Below are positions 40,643-51,616 of a stretch of DNA of 64,000 nt, in pieces. The stretch spans positions 128,001 to 192,000 of the forward strand of contig CAWFQL010000017.1 of the NCBI GenBank assembly GCA_963817915.1, read 5' to 3'. This stretch comes from an uncultured candidate division Zixibacteria bacterium. Its GTDB lineage: Bacteria > Zixibacteria > MSB-5A5 > UBA10806. The notes beneath the pieces are model-generated. The model did not search any database. It saw only the letters and a list, made by a program, of their open reading frames with translations, and was not told where the DNA came from. The position numbers and the translations under genes are program-made. The first letter of the stretch is position 1; every line of letters starts with the position of its first letter.

Positions 40643-41324
40643 ATGGCAGCTTTGAAAAAAATAATAATCTTCGGCACCGGCGGCAATTGTGTCGATATCC
40701 TCGATACCATAAACGATATCAATCGTGCTGGAAAATCGAAGAAATACCAGTGCCTGGGCTTTCTCGATGATGATAAGTCCAAATGGGGCAAGATATTTGG
40801 CGGCGCGAAGGTCCTTGGGCCACTGGAATCTGCCCAAAAATATAAGCAGGCGCTTTTCGTAAATGGCATCGGCAGCCCGGCAAATTTTTGGCGCAAGGAA
40901 GATATTATATCCAAGACCGGCATTAAGCTCGATCGATTCACAACAGTAATTCACCCTACTGCGAGCGTATCCAAGATGGCGCATATTGGGTGTCGGCACA
41001 GTGATATTTCAGAATGTCACTATCACATCCAACGCTCATATCGGCAATCACGTCATAATATTGCCAAACTCGGTGATCAGCCATGATGATAATATCGGTG
41101 ATTATACCTGTATTACCGGGGGAGTATCTGTTTCCGGCAATGTCAAAATTGGACTGTCGTGCTACCTGGGCGCGGGATGCTCTGTCATTAACGATGTCAA
41201 TATCGGTGAATATTCGATGATCGGAATGGGTAGCGTTATTCTACATGACGTACCGCCCAATTCGATTATGGTCGGCAATCCCGCAAAATTGCTCAGAAAT
41301 ACAAAATCGGATTATTCCAATTAG
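40643..41324 (+). CDS. NeuD/PglD-type hexapeptide acetyltransferase (+1 frameshift near 40988)
   Basis: IFGTGG, GFLDDD, IHPTASVS, then hexapeptide repeats, SHD and VGNPAK in the shifted frame. Confidence 0.85.
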
Positions 41325-41338
41325 CTAAAAAACGCGTA

Positions 41339-43724
41339 TTATTCTTTTTTCTTCCAAATCCCTGTATACTTATAAATAACCCCGCCAATTACACCGCAGA
41401 AAAATATCAACCATGATAATTCGGTGACGGTTTTGCTGATATTATAATAGGGATTCTCGATTCTTAATTCCAGCTCATGATCGCCTGCGGGCAGTTCAAC
41501 TGCCATAAATGTGTAATCGCAGCGATAAATTGGCACCTCAGTTTTGCCCTCGAACGCTTTCCAATATGGGTACCAGTTATCCTGCAATGCCAAAAAACCC
41601 GGTGCCGATAGTCTGGCCTTAACTTTTATTCTGTCGGGGACTGTATTTTCCATATAAGCTGTGTCCCCCGGTATAGCTGCTGGCTTTACGATATTGGATT
41701 TCGGCTGTCTATCGATTACGATCTTATTTACAAAGTCAAATTTGGGATCGAAGACTGCTGATAACATCTGGTCTGGATCAGAAACTACCTGATAATCATA
41801 AATAATCCGCGCCCTATCCAATGCCGCCTTATTGCGATAAATCCTCACATCACCCGCAATATTGGCTAATTCGAATGATTGCACGCCATCCATTTGCTTT
41901 GTTAAGCGAGGGTCTTTTCCCAATAGATAGCGGGTATTGGTTAACGCTAATCCTGCGGGCTTGGTAAATAAATTAGTCAGGTTATTGCCGCCGATAAAAT
42001 CATTGTACCAGCGAAGCTGATTGCCATGATATCCGGCCGCCTCTTCCAATCCGAACTGCGCCAATTTATCATCGCTTGAGAGTGTTTGTGGAAATGGGAA
42101 ACACCTGAATGAACCGGGCTGATTTTTCAGGAATTCCGCCGCAGCCGGTTTGGCGAAATAGGGAGTGGGATCGACCGGTCTGATAAAGCGCATATCGTTG
42201 ATAAGCCAGTTGTCGATTACTATCATTATCAAAAATACTATTGCCATCGTGCTCACGGTGGTCTTTTTCCTCATAATCGACCAGAATATCACCAGGGTCG
42301 CCCCGATAATAAGCGCGCCTATAAAAAAGCCTACTGTAATATTAGGGAGATTAGTTTTAAGGATATCCAATTGTCCAATCTCAATCTTGGGGAAAAATAT
42401 CGACGTATAGATTCCCATGAATTTCAAACCGCCAATACTTGTCAATAGCCCCCCGAGCACGTATGCGCCGGCGGCGATAACCAGGCCCCAGAAGATTCTC
42501 ATAGTGGCCACGGTCTTCTTTATTTTGCTGATCTCGTCAACCGCCCTTGCCGCAAGAAATGCTACCGAAAAACAGAATAAGAACATTATAGTGGACGGCG
42601 CCCTGAATTTATCCACAAACGGCACGACATAATAAATGATCTTGAAGATGAAACCCCCGTCGCCGAGGGCGTAAAGCAACGCGAATATCGCTGTCCCCAG
42701 AAAAAAATAGGAATAACGATCGCGATAAATAAAAAGCCCGATTAATGCCAGCAGCAAAGCGGTAAATCCGGCGTATTCGCTATTTATCTTAAAATAGTTT
42801 TTGCCCCAATATGTCTGCTCAGAAGTCAATGGCGGATGGTTTTGCATACTGCTGTATCCGGAAAAACCCGGTACCAACTGCGTAAAAGCCTCTTCGGCAT
42901 GCAATGACCATGACGCCGCATATTCGTATCCTTTACCACCTTCGGCTCGCGGAGAATATTTCCTGACATAATCCTGTGTGGGTATAATCTGCACCGAAGA
43001 TAAGGCCAAGCCGAATATTAAAGCGGCGATAAAACCGATAAAAGGCATTGCAATTAATTTTATCTGTTTTTCCTTGATATAAATAGAAATTACACGAAGC
43101 AGAAAATATGCCCCTGTCAGCCACATGGCGAAATAGGCAAATTGCGGATGATTGGCCAAGACCAGACAGTCCGAATGTTATCGAAAATGGCCACCACCAG
43201 AATAGCTTACGCCTGTCGAATGCGATTTCCATCGTGAACAGAAGCAATGGCAACAGACTGGTTACATACATTCTGCCGTCGTGGCCGGCATACACCAATG
43301 ATACCAGGAATCCCGAAAGCATATAAGCTGTCGCGCCGACTACCGAAGCCCATTTCGAGAGCTTCATTTTCCGGAGATACAAATTCATGAAAACGCCAGC
43401 CAGGAATACGGTAATGACCAATTTATATCCCAATGCTTTTGTAATAGGCATTATGAATTGAAGGGCGGCCAATGGATAAAATGAATCCCCGTGCATGGCA
43501 TCCACAAATGGCAATCCGCCAAAAATATATGGGTTCCAGAGCGGTATGCGGTGAAATGTTTTTACAAAATCGGCATAAAAGGAACGAAACATGATACCGG
43601 CGCCTATCGTATCGGAGCCGAAAAGCATCTTATCCGAAAATATGAAGCCTGAAAATATCACAACGGTCAGCAGGAAAAAATATAGGTATGGCCATTGTTC
43701 CTTGATTAGTTTTTTAAAATCCAT
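41339..43724 (-). CDS. YfhO-family (GT-C-like) polytopic membrane protein (+1 frameshift near 43166)
   Basis: PLWNPYIFGGLPF, AGH.G, HPQ..Y, FRAP, C-terminal WYPYWKA...VELPAGDH. Confidence 0.8.
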
Positions 43725-43867
43725 TTTTCACCTTTTTATTTTAGATAATATTATCCTATTCATACTGGCATAGACAATATATGGTATAGGCCCTAATTTG
43801 GTCAATCGCAATAAGCCAAAAACTGCCTCGTTTGATTCGGCATCATTGTGGACAATTTTGGGAAAAT

Positions 43868-43906
43868 AAAAAATCGGGCCTTTTACGCAAAAGCCCGATC
43901 TTTTTT
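43868..43906. terminator. Intrinsic terminator (serves the minus-strand DUF1579 gene)
   Basis: ATCGGGC(c)TTTT-acgc-AAAAGCCCGAT flanked by A and T tracts. Confidence 0.75.
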
Positions 43907-43923
43907 CTAATGTTGACAGTAAT

Positions 43924-44530
43924 CTATTTCCTGCGGGTATAGGTAACTTCCATCGATTTATATTCCTTGCCATCGGGTCCCGGTTGGTACATTTCCAGCA
44001 CATGCTGATCGGGGCTGACCATCTTCATTACCATCCTGTAGGGCTCATCCTTTTGTCCCTGTCATGATATTATCGAACTTTCCGCTGAAATTAAATGTCT
44101 TGCCGTCCTTGTCAGCAGTACCGGCGCTAGTCATCATAGATGTAGACATTTCGTCCATCCACAGGGAATTGTAGGTCTGCTTGAAATTATCATAACCCGT
44201 AATGCTAATGCCTTTCATCGGCATCTGGCCCATCATTCCATTGACATTCTCCATGACATATCGTCCGCCTAAAATCCAACTGGCGTCGCTGGTGCCTTTT
44301 GATTCAGTGGCCGGAGCTTTAGGATCCATCCAGGATTTGTAATTAAGATCCCAGCTGCCAATCAATGGCTCCAATAATTTATGATTTGCTCCGGGTGTGC
44401 CATATTTGGCAAATAAGGCCATCATCGCTTCTTCAGGCGTCTGCTTTTTTTCCTGCGCTAACACCGTGATTCCCATCAATATTACGGCGGCCAATAAAAA
44501 CGCCGTAATGATAAGGCTTTGCTTTTTCAT
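43924..44530 (-). CDS. DUF1579-family secreted protein (+1 frameshift near 44050)
   Basis: Signal peptide, PG..H..L..L.GSW, ILGGRY, GYDN, WMD.MST; the shifted frame gives ...EMY..GPDGKEYKSMEVTYTRRK-stop. Confidence 0.8.
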
Positions 44531-45452
44531 TGTTCCTCCATTGAAATCTTGACCTGAGTTTGGTGTTATTTATTGGATATTTTCCTCTCGGAAATTGTGT
44601 TAAATTCCGATTAGTAATCTTGTTTTCTCTCAAAAACTGCATGAACATTTTGGTTGCCTCCTGGCTGCCGCGGATATTCGGGTGAGAGTCGTTATCGGAA
44701 CGGCGATACTCGGATCGAAGCGTATTATTGCCATCCGCGAGCAAATCATAGAAATCAAAGACAAATAAATTGTTTAGGCCGGTCTCTTGTTTGTATTTAG
44801 CAAGAAAATCGTTTTTCACCCAATTGTTGAATTGCCGTGCGCGTGCAGCATTTTCAGGCGTAGTTTGATTCGGTACCAATGGCGGCGCGGTCACATAGAT
44901 AAAAATCTTGTTTGGATTTTTCGAAAATTGAGTCTTTAAATTCTCGAAAACGGCTTTATAATTCCATAGGGTTTTTGTCAATTCAGTCGGATTGCCGGGA
45001 GGATTGCCATCTGCGGTTATATTGCTATTGGGGTAGCATGATTTGAACATGACGATATCATTTTCTTTTCCATCGCTGTACAAAATATCGGGATGATAGT
45101 CGAATTTTATGATTTTGCCAAAATCATTTGAGAATTTGACAGTCCAATCATTCAGATCGGTTTTTTCGCCGATATCATCGCCGTAAGTGATATGATGTAC
45201 ACCGATTCCATTGGCCATCAGGCTATCGGAAAGACTGCCCTCGCTTAGCCAGTTATTGCCCACCGAATGGTGAATGAAAACCAGCCTTTTACCAAAGACC
45301 TTATTATAGTCGATCCTCGATTGATCCAGGCTCTGCTTGATTTGATTCAATTGATAATTGCCTTTGCGATATTTATAAGCAAATACCAATCCCACGATAT
45401 TTCCTATAATTGATATTATCAAAATTATTACCAAAACCCTTGCCATAATCAT
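44433..45452 (-). CDS. SGNH/GDSL-like hydrolase-fold protein with N-terminal TM
   Basis: FIHHSVG, FKSCYP, VFDFY..LA, DSHPN..G. The last ~55 codons overlap the next gene and are probably read-through from a frameshift (true end near 44600). Confidence 0.6.
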   Translation of the reverse strand: MIMARVLVIILIISIIGNIVGLVFAYKYRKGNYQLNQIKQSLDQSRIDYNKVFGKRLVFIHHSVGNNWLSEGSLSDSLMANGIGVHHITYGDDIGEKTDLNDWTVKFSNDFGKIIKFDYHPDILYSDGKENDIVMFKSCYPNSNITADGNPPGNPTELTKTLWNYKAVFENLKTQFSKNPNKIFIYVTAPPLVPNQTTPENAARARQFNNWVKNDFLAKYKQETGLNNLFVFDFYDLLADGNNTLRSEYRRSDNDSHPNIRGSQEATKMFMQFLRENKITNRNLTQFPRGKYPINNTKLRSRFQWRNNEKAKPYHYGVFIGRRNIDGNHGVSAGKKADA

Positions 45453-45711
45453 CCCTTTCTTGGTTACCCGAACCCTAAATTTTCATTTTAAACGATATCA
45501 ATATCACTATGGTTCCGAAATAAGCCCCGTAAAGAAAGCGGATAATAAGCAAAAAACAATATGCCGCCACAGCTTCCCAGAAACCATCCACTATTTAAAT
45601 GCAATTTTTTAATATAGACGTCAATAGAATTATTATTCTAATCCGAATTATATCAGTAAAGCCGATCAGCGATATCGCTCTAAATGCAATTTGTTGTGGC
45701 ATCTATCGTTA

Positions 45712-45738
45712 TAAAATGATAAATTGCGCTGTCGATAA
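45712..45738 (+). promoter_or_regulatory. sigma28-type promoter before glnS
   Basis: TAAA-N15-GTCGATAA. Confidence 0.5.
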
Positions 45739-45784
45739 AATGATTGGCAGGGTTTCCAATCACAAATATTAAAGGAAGATCAAA

Positions 45785-47537
45785 TTGAATAATTCTCAAC
45801 CAGAAAATACGAAAAATCCGAATAGATAATGCTGTTAATGGCAAGGCAGAAATTGGCGCATCTACAACACCTTCGAATTTTATCCGTGCCATTATAGATG
45901 ACGATTTAAAAACCAATAAATATGAAGGCAGGGTCCAGACCCGTTTCCCCCCAGAGCCTAATGGCTATTTGCATATCGGACATGCCAAATCGATCTGCCT
46001 GAATTTCGGGCTCGCAAAAGAATATAATGGCCTCTGTAATCTCCGATTCGATGATACCAATCCCAGCAAGGAAGAGGTCGAATATGTCGATTCCATCATG
46101 GAGGATGTCCGCTGGCTAGGTTTTGATTGGCAAGACCGTCTATTTTATGCCTCCAATTATTTCGAAAAACTATATGACTATGCGGTGCAGCTTATCAAAT
46201 TGGGAAAGGCCTATGTATGCGACCTGAACGCCGATCAAATACGCGAATATCGCGGTACACTAACCGCGCCTGGCAAGAATAGTCCATATCGCGACCGTTC
46301 TATAGATGAGAATCTTGATCTATTCAAACGAATGAGAGACGGCGAATTTCCAGATGGTTCGCGCACACTCCGAGCAAAGATCGATATGGCCTCGCCGAAT
46401 CTAAATATGCGAGATCCGACTGTATATAGGATCAAACATGAATCTCATCATAGAACCGGTGACAAATGGTGTATTTATCCGATGTATGATTTCACACATT
46501 GTCTTTCGGATTCGCTCGAACATATCACACATTCGATTTGTACGCTGGAATTTGAAGATCATCGGCCATTGTATGACTGGTTCCTCAATGAGCTTCATGT
46601 CTATCATCCTCAGCAGATTGAATTTGCCCGTCTGAATCTCAATTATACTGTTATGAGCAAGCGAAAACTCCTGCAATTGGTGCAGGAGAAACTGGTCAAT
46701 GGATGGGATGATCCTCGTATGCCCACGATTTGCGGCTTGAGGAGGAGAGGATTCACGCCCGAATCGATACGGATATTCGCAGAACGAATCGGAGTTGCCA
46801 AACGAGATAGCATGGTGGATGTTGCCTTGCTTGAGCATTGCCTGAGAGAAGACCTCAACAAAAGAGCCCCGCGCGTGATGGCGGTTTTGCATCCCTTAAA
46901 AGTCATTATCGATAATTATCCCGAAGGCAAAATTGAAGAGCTCGATGCGATTAATAATCCGGAAGATCCGTCGATGGGCACGAGAAAAATTCCATTCGCG
47001 CGCGAAATCTATATCGAGCAGGATGATTTCCGCGAAACTCCGCCCAAGAAATTCTTCCGCCTGTCGCCCGGAAATGAAGTTCGATTAAAGCATGCATATA
47101 TTATAAAGTGTGAGAATGTGATAAAAGACCCTAAGACCGGCGAAATTCTTGAGTTACATTGCACTTATGACCCCGCAACTCGCAGCGGCGAATCGAATGA
47201 CGGTCGCAAGATCAAGGGCACATTGCATTGGGTAACCGCTGCACATTCATTGCCGGCGGAAGTACGAATCTATGAGAGTTTATTTACCAAGGAAGTCCCG
47301 GATGAGGATTCTGATTTTAAGGCTAATCTCAATCCCAATTCCCTTGAGATATTGAAGGATTGCCGGGTGGAATCAAGCCTCGCGACGGCGGCAAAGCTCG
47401 CACATTTTCAATTTTTGCGGAACGGATATTTTTGTATTGATTACGACTCCGCACCCGGTTCGCTGGTTTTCAATCGTACGGTCTCTCTAAAAGATACTTG
47501 GGCAAAATTGGAAATTCAGAATGCCAAAACGTCATAA
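45785..47537 (+). CDS. glnS: Glutamine--tRNA ligase (N-terminal +1 frameshift near 45800-45825)
   Basis: SNFIR.IID.D...[19 protein letters not shown] in frame upstream of the ORF-track start; [31 protein letters not shown] before the TTG at 45785. Confidence 0.95.
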
Positions 47538-47639
47538 TCTTTTCAGGTATTATCCGGTAATCAGAAAATGATCACATATCGGCTTTAGAATCCCCTTTTT
47601 TCCCCAATCCTCATTGTGGTATGTATAGCATAAGATGAA

Positions 47640-48443
47640 TCAACCTACGATTTTATGTCCCTGGAGGTAGAGTATTTTCGGGAGATTAAGCAATATTTCA
47701 ACCCGATTATTTATTTTTGCAAGTCCCATTATGAATTCATTGGTTTCGCCTATTTCAACTAATTCGGTTTTGTCGATATTCTCATTGGCTATCTCGGCGA
47801 CCTCCGAGACCGAATCTACGATGAGGCCAGACAGGTGGTCGGAATCCTCAATTATCACGACGATTTCTCTGTATTCCCGTATCTGATTTATGGCTTGTTC
47901 GAATAAATCGATCATTTTGGCTAATTCATGTCCTTTGGTAATTTCAATGATCTTTATAGCGTTATCGCGATGTCCGGATTTCCTTAATTCGTCGACTTTG
48001 ACTGCGATCGAATGGATTTTCTTATGAGGCTCATCGAATCGTTCCAAAAGAATCCTCAAATAGACATTTTCAGTTTTGAAGCTGTCATACCATTTTCCAA
48101 ACGCACATTTGTGAGGATCAGTGGTAAGCTTAAATTCGCGATCCTCTTCAACTGAGGATAACAATTCCGTTAACCAATTGACATGATCTTGTCGACGTTG
48201 GTTTAACAGGTTCGCAAAATCATTGATTTCGTCGGTAATGCTTTTCATTCCCAAAAATAATCTTAGATCAGTCAATGGCACAATTCTATCACGCAGATTA
48301 ATGATTCCCCTTACGTACTCCGGAGAATCCGGAATAGTTGATACTTGGCCGAGCGGTGTCATTTCGCGAATATTTTTGGCTGGGATTCCAAAATGCTTTT
48401 GCTGAAGCTCGAATAATATCCAGCTATTTTCAATATCTGCCAT
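47640..48443 (-). CDS. cheW: CheW protein with an inserted CZB (chemoreceptor zinc-binding) domain
   Basis: CheW N-half (FGIP...IREM, P.YVRGIINLRD.IVP), then CZB (DHVNW, DPHKCAFGKWY, PHKKIH), then CheW C-half (GLIVDSVSEV, FIMGLAK...ILLNL). Confidence 0.85.
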   Translation of the reverse strand: MADIENSWILFELQQKHFGIPAKNIREMTPLGQVSTIPDSPEYVRGIINLRDRIVPLTDLRLFLGMKSITDEINDFANLLNQRRQDHVNWLTELLSSVEEDREFKLTTDPHKCAFGKWYDSFKTENVYLRILLERFDEPHKKIHSIAVKVDELRKSGHRDNAIKIIEITKGHELAKMIDLFEQAINQIREYREIVVIIEDSDHLSGLIVDSVSEVAEIANENIDKTELVEIGETNEFIMGLAKINNRVEILLNLPKILYLQGHKIVG

Positions 48444-48790
48444 AAATCAGCCCCCTTCTTTATAGCAATTGTATTTGGATGAAGCGCCTGGTGATTTTTA
48501 ATGATACGAATTCTATCCTCAATTTCGTCAATATAATAGAATTTATTATTAATAGGTTTTGGCCTCAAAAACACCTGTTTCAATTGGATACATTTTATAA
48601 CAGTATTCGAATTTTCATCAAAAGTGTTATTGAGCAATCAGGTAGGGGAAATTCAAAGTATTGGTGATAATTTAAATCCTAATGCGATAAGGGGAAAATC
48701 GACAAATTCAGAATACTGATCCTGGTCTGTCGAGCCCCAAAACACTGTCTTTGTTATGGGCTATACGACGAAACTCCATATGGTTTTTGC

Positions 48791-48820
48791 TTGACTTGAA
48801 TATTGCTATCAATTTTATTT
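48791..48820 (+). promoter_or_regulatory. Putative sigma70 promoter of the bcr operon
   Basis: TTGACT-17 bp-TTTATT; the -10 element is imperfect. Confidence 0.45.
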
Positions 48821-48825
48821 ATCGA

Positions 48826-48906
48826 TTGAGCCTCTATGAGTAGGCGATGTGGCCGGCAGTAGCTTCTGACTTTGGTCAGGACAACTAATGGGGCTCAAAA
48901 CTGCCG
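48826..48906 (+). ncRNA. Candidate structured 5' leader RNA (pseudoknot), family unknown
   Basis: TTGAGCCTC/GGGGCTCAA stem, inner TTCTGAC-TTTG-GTCAGGA hairpin, and CGGCAGT/ACTGCCG crossing helix. Confidence 0.4.
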
Positions 48907-49087
48907 CAAGTGGGGAAAATAGTAATCTATAAAAGGTTAGCTTGGCAATAGTCAGATTTTTACATTCTAAACCCCCAATTACATTCGACGCAATGACTTA
49001 TCTCTGCGCGAGCAGGTTATTTATTAATGATGATTATGGTCAGCGTTGTATCGAGAATTCTACTTTGCCATGTATGGATCAAGAATA

Positions 49088-50258
49088 ATGGAACAGCAAG
49101 AATTTAAGAAGATTTTAACGTCTCTTCGAGCCCACTTTGACGATTTAAGCTTCGGGTATGTTAACCAATGGAAATCGCGGGATTCATCCCGGCGAGTAAT
49201 TGGATTTCTTCCTATTTATATCCCTCGTGAAATTATCCATGCCTCGGGTATGCTGCCCGTTGGCATATTTGGAGCCGGAGACCGAATCCCTGTAGTCAGA
49301 GGCGATGCCTTTTTCCAATCGTATATATGTCATCTTCCCCGTACTGTAGTTGAATTGGCGTTAAATGGCAATTTCAAGAATTTTGACGGATTTATATTCC
49401 CATCGATTTGCGATGTAATTCGCAATCTTTCCGGAATTTTCAGGCTGAAATTCGGCGATAAATATGTTCGCTATCTCGATTTTCCACAAAATTTCGATCC
49501 TGAAGTGGGAGGAGTATTTTATCGCAAAATATTGGATCAGCTTGTCGAGGATTTGCACGCTCTAAACGGTATCAAAATAACCAATGAATCACTAAATCAA
49601 TCTATAAAGCTTTTCAATCGTAATCGACAGTCTGGTGATGGAATTAGATAGTATCCGAGTAAATAAGCCTCAATTAATGAGCGCGGTTGATTTCTACCTG
49701 ATCAGACGGGCCGGGAATATCCTTTCGGTAGAAGATCATAACGACTTGCTGGAAAAAATACTGTCATTGCTCGGAGATTCATATTCGGAACCTGAAGACA
49801 AGATTCGGGTCGTAATTACAGGATCATTTTGCGAACAGCCTCCGATCGGCCTGATTAAAACTATCGAGAACGCCGGCTGCTATATAGTCGATGATGATTT
49901 TCAGCTTGGATTAACCTGGTTTTCAAAGGATTTGCCGGATAACACAAATAACCCATTGGATACTCTCGTCCAAAGCTTCTTGTCAAATATCACATTTTCA
50001 GCGACTATATTTGAATCAGAAAACAATCGAGGAGATATCCTGGCTAAACGGGTAATTGAGAGAAAGGCCGATGGCGTAATTTTCTGCGCGCCGAGCTTCT
50101 GCGATCCCGCGCTCCTCGATCGGCCGATACTCGAACGGTCCATGGACAAACATCATATAAAGCATACAAGCTTTCAATATCACGAAAATCTCGGTCAGTT
50201 TCATGTTATCAAGGAACAAGCGGGAACTTTCGCCGATATGATTAAGCTTTGGGAGTAG
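49088..50258 (+). CDS. bcrC: Benzoyl-CoA reductase subunit C (+1 frameshift near 49631)
   Basis: PREIIHA.GMLP, GDA.FQSYICHLPR, FPSICDVIRNLSG, G.FCEQPP, SFCDPALL, EQAGTFAD.IKLW. Confidence 0.9.
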
Positions 50259-50260
50259 AT

Positions 50261-51566
50261 ATGGAAGTCCAAAAAGAAAGCAGCATGATCAAACAAAAGC
50301 AGATGCTTGCCGAGCATTTTTTGGAGCTTTCACAGGTGCAGAGAGACCGGGAAAAAAGTCGTGTATACGTTCGTGCCCGGGAATTTATCGGAGCTTATCT
50401 GTGTTTTCGATATGCTCCCGGTTTACCCGGAAATCAATTCTCTGCAATCCGGGATGCGGAAAAAATCCGAGGACTACATCCGCGAGGCTGAAGACATAGG
50501 CTATTCAGAAGATGTTTGCTCTTATGTCAAATGCGATATCGGCATGATGCTGCAGGGGAATATCGGACCTACCGGCCAGCAGCTTCCGCCGCCCGATATA
50601 CTATTATTGAGCTACACCGGCTGCTTTGTATTCATGAAATGGTTCGAGAATCTCAGGCATCTATATCCAAACACGGAAATAGTCATGCTCCATATACCGT
50701 ATCAGGAATCGGGGCATATCGAACAGTCGGCTGTGAAGTATATCACCGATCAACTGGAAAAGAATGTAATCCCGGTATTCGAAAAGGTCAGCGGCCAGAA
50801 ATTCGATATCGATAAGCTCGGTGCCAAATTGGATCTTTCGGCGAAGGCTGAGGATCTGCTTGTTGATATCTTCGATTCTGCAAAAAATAAGCCATCGCCG
50901 ATTGACGCTTATTTTGGCGGTGTTTACTATATCGGCCCGATCTTTACTGCATTTCGCGGCAATCAGGACTGTGTCGATTACTATCGCGAGCTCAAAAACG
51001 AGGTAGATTACAGGGTCGCCAATAAGCTCGGCCCAATTACTCCCGAGGGCCATATGGGGAATGAACGGTTCAGATTGGTAGTCGAGGGGCCGCCCAACTG
51101 GACTCATTTCCGGGATTTCTGGAAGATGTTTTACGATAGGGGCGCGGTATTTGTCGGTTCGAGCTATACCAGGGTCGGCGGAGTCTATGATGACGGTTTC
51201 CGTCATTCTTCAAAAGACCCGCTTGGCAGTCTGGCGAAATACTGTCTTGGATGCTACACTAATCGCAACCTGCCTCAAAGAATCGATTTACTCGAAAAAT
51301 ATATCAAACAATATCACGCCGACGGGTTCTTGGTCAATTCAATTAAGAGCTGCAATTCATTTTCCGCCGGTCAGTTGGTAATGATGAGGGATCTCGAGGA
51401 GCGGCTTGGCATACCGGTCGGATTTATCGAAACAGATTTGGTGGATCCCAGATATTATTCATTTTCTAATATTAAGAATCGGCTCGATTCGTTTTTCCAG
51501 ATGCTGGAACAGAGACAATCAATTCATGTTGGCGATGATTCATTATCGGATGATGTGCTGGCATAG
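50261..51566 (+). CDS. bcrB: Benzoyl-CoA reductase subunit B (+1 frameshift near 50342)
   Basis: KE.SM.KQKQM, VYTFVPGNL, PEINSLQSGMRK, SEDVCSYVKCDIGM, SYTGCF.FMKWFE, SIKSCNSFSAGQ. Confidence 0.92.
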
Positions 51567-51616
51567 GTGTTTGATATTAATATGATTCATTTCAAAATAG
51601 AAATAGAAGGCTGATT

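Noticed and set aside
44433..44600. Long same-strand overlap of the SGNH ORF with the DUF1579 gene
   Set aside because: The tail looks non-protein-like, and removing one base near 44610 gives a stop near 44600; probably an indel artefact.
48715..48775. Hammerhead-ribozyme-like fragments (CTGTCGAG...GACGAAAC) around an AGCCC/GGGCT hairpin
   Set aside because: The core CUGANGA is not intact and stem II does not close next to GAAA.
48444..48790. c-di-GMP riboswitch upstream of cheW, and short ORFs 48479-48667 (+) and 48359-48637 (-)
   Set aside because: No GEMM-I/II consensus on the minus strand; the ORFs are AT-rich, lack recognisable motifs and have no clear RBS.
48841..48896. Resemblance to the fluoride riboswitch (TAGGCGATG...CTAATG) and to guanidine-III (GGTCAGGACAA)
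   Set aside because: The required pairings and conserved segments (GGCGA/TCGCC, GGAGT/ACTCC; ACGAG) are missing, so it is kept only as an unknown structure.
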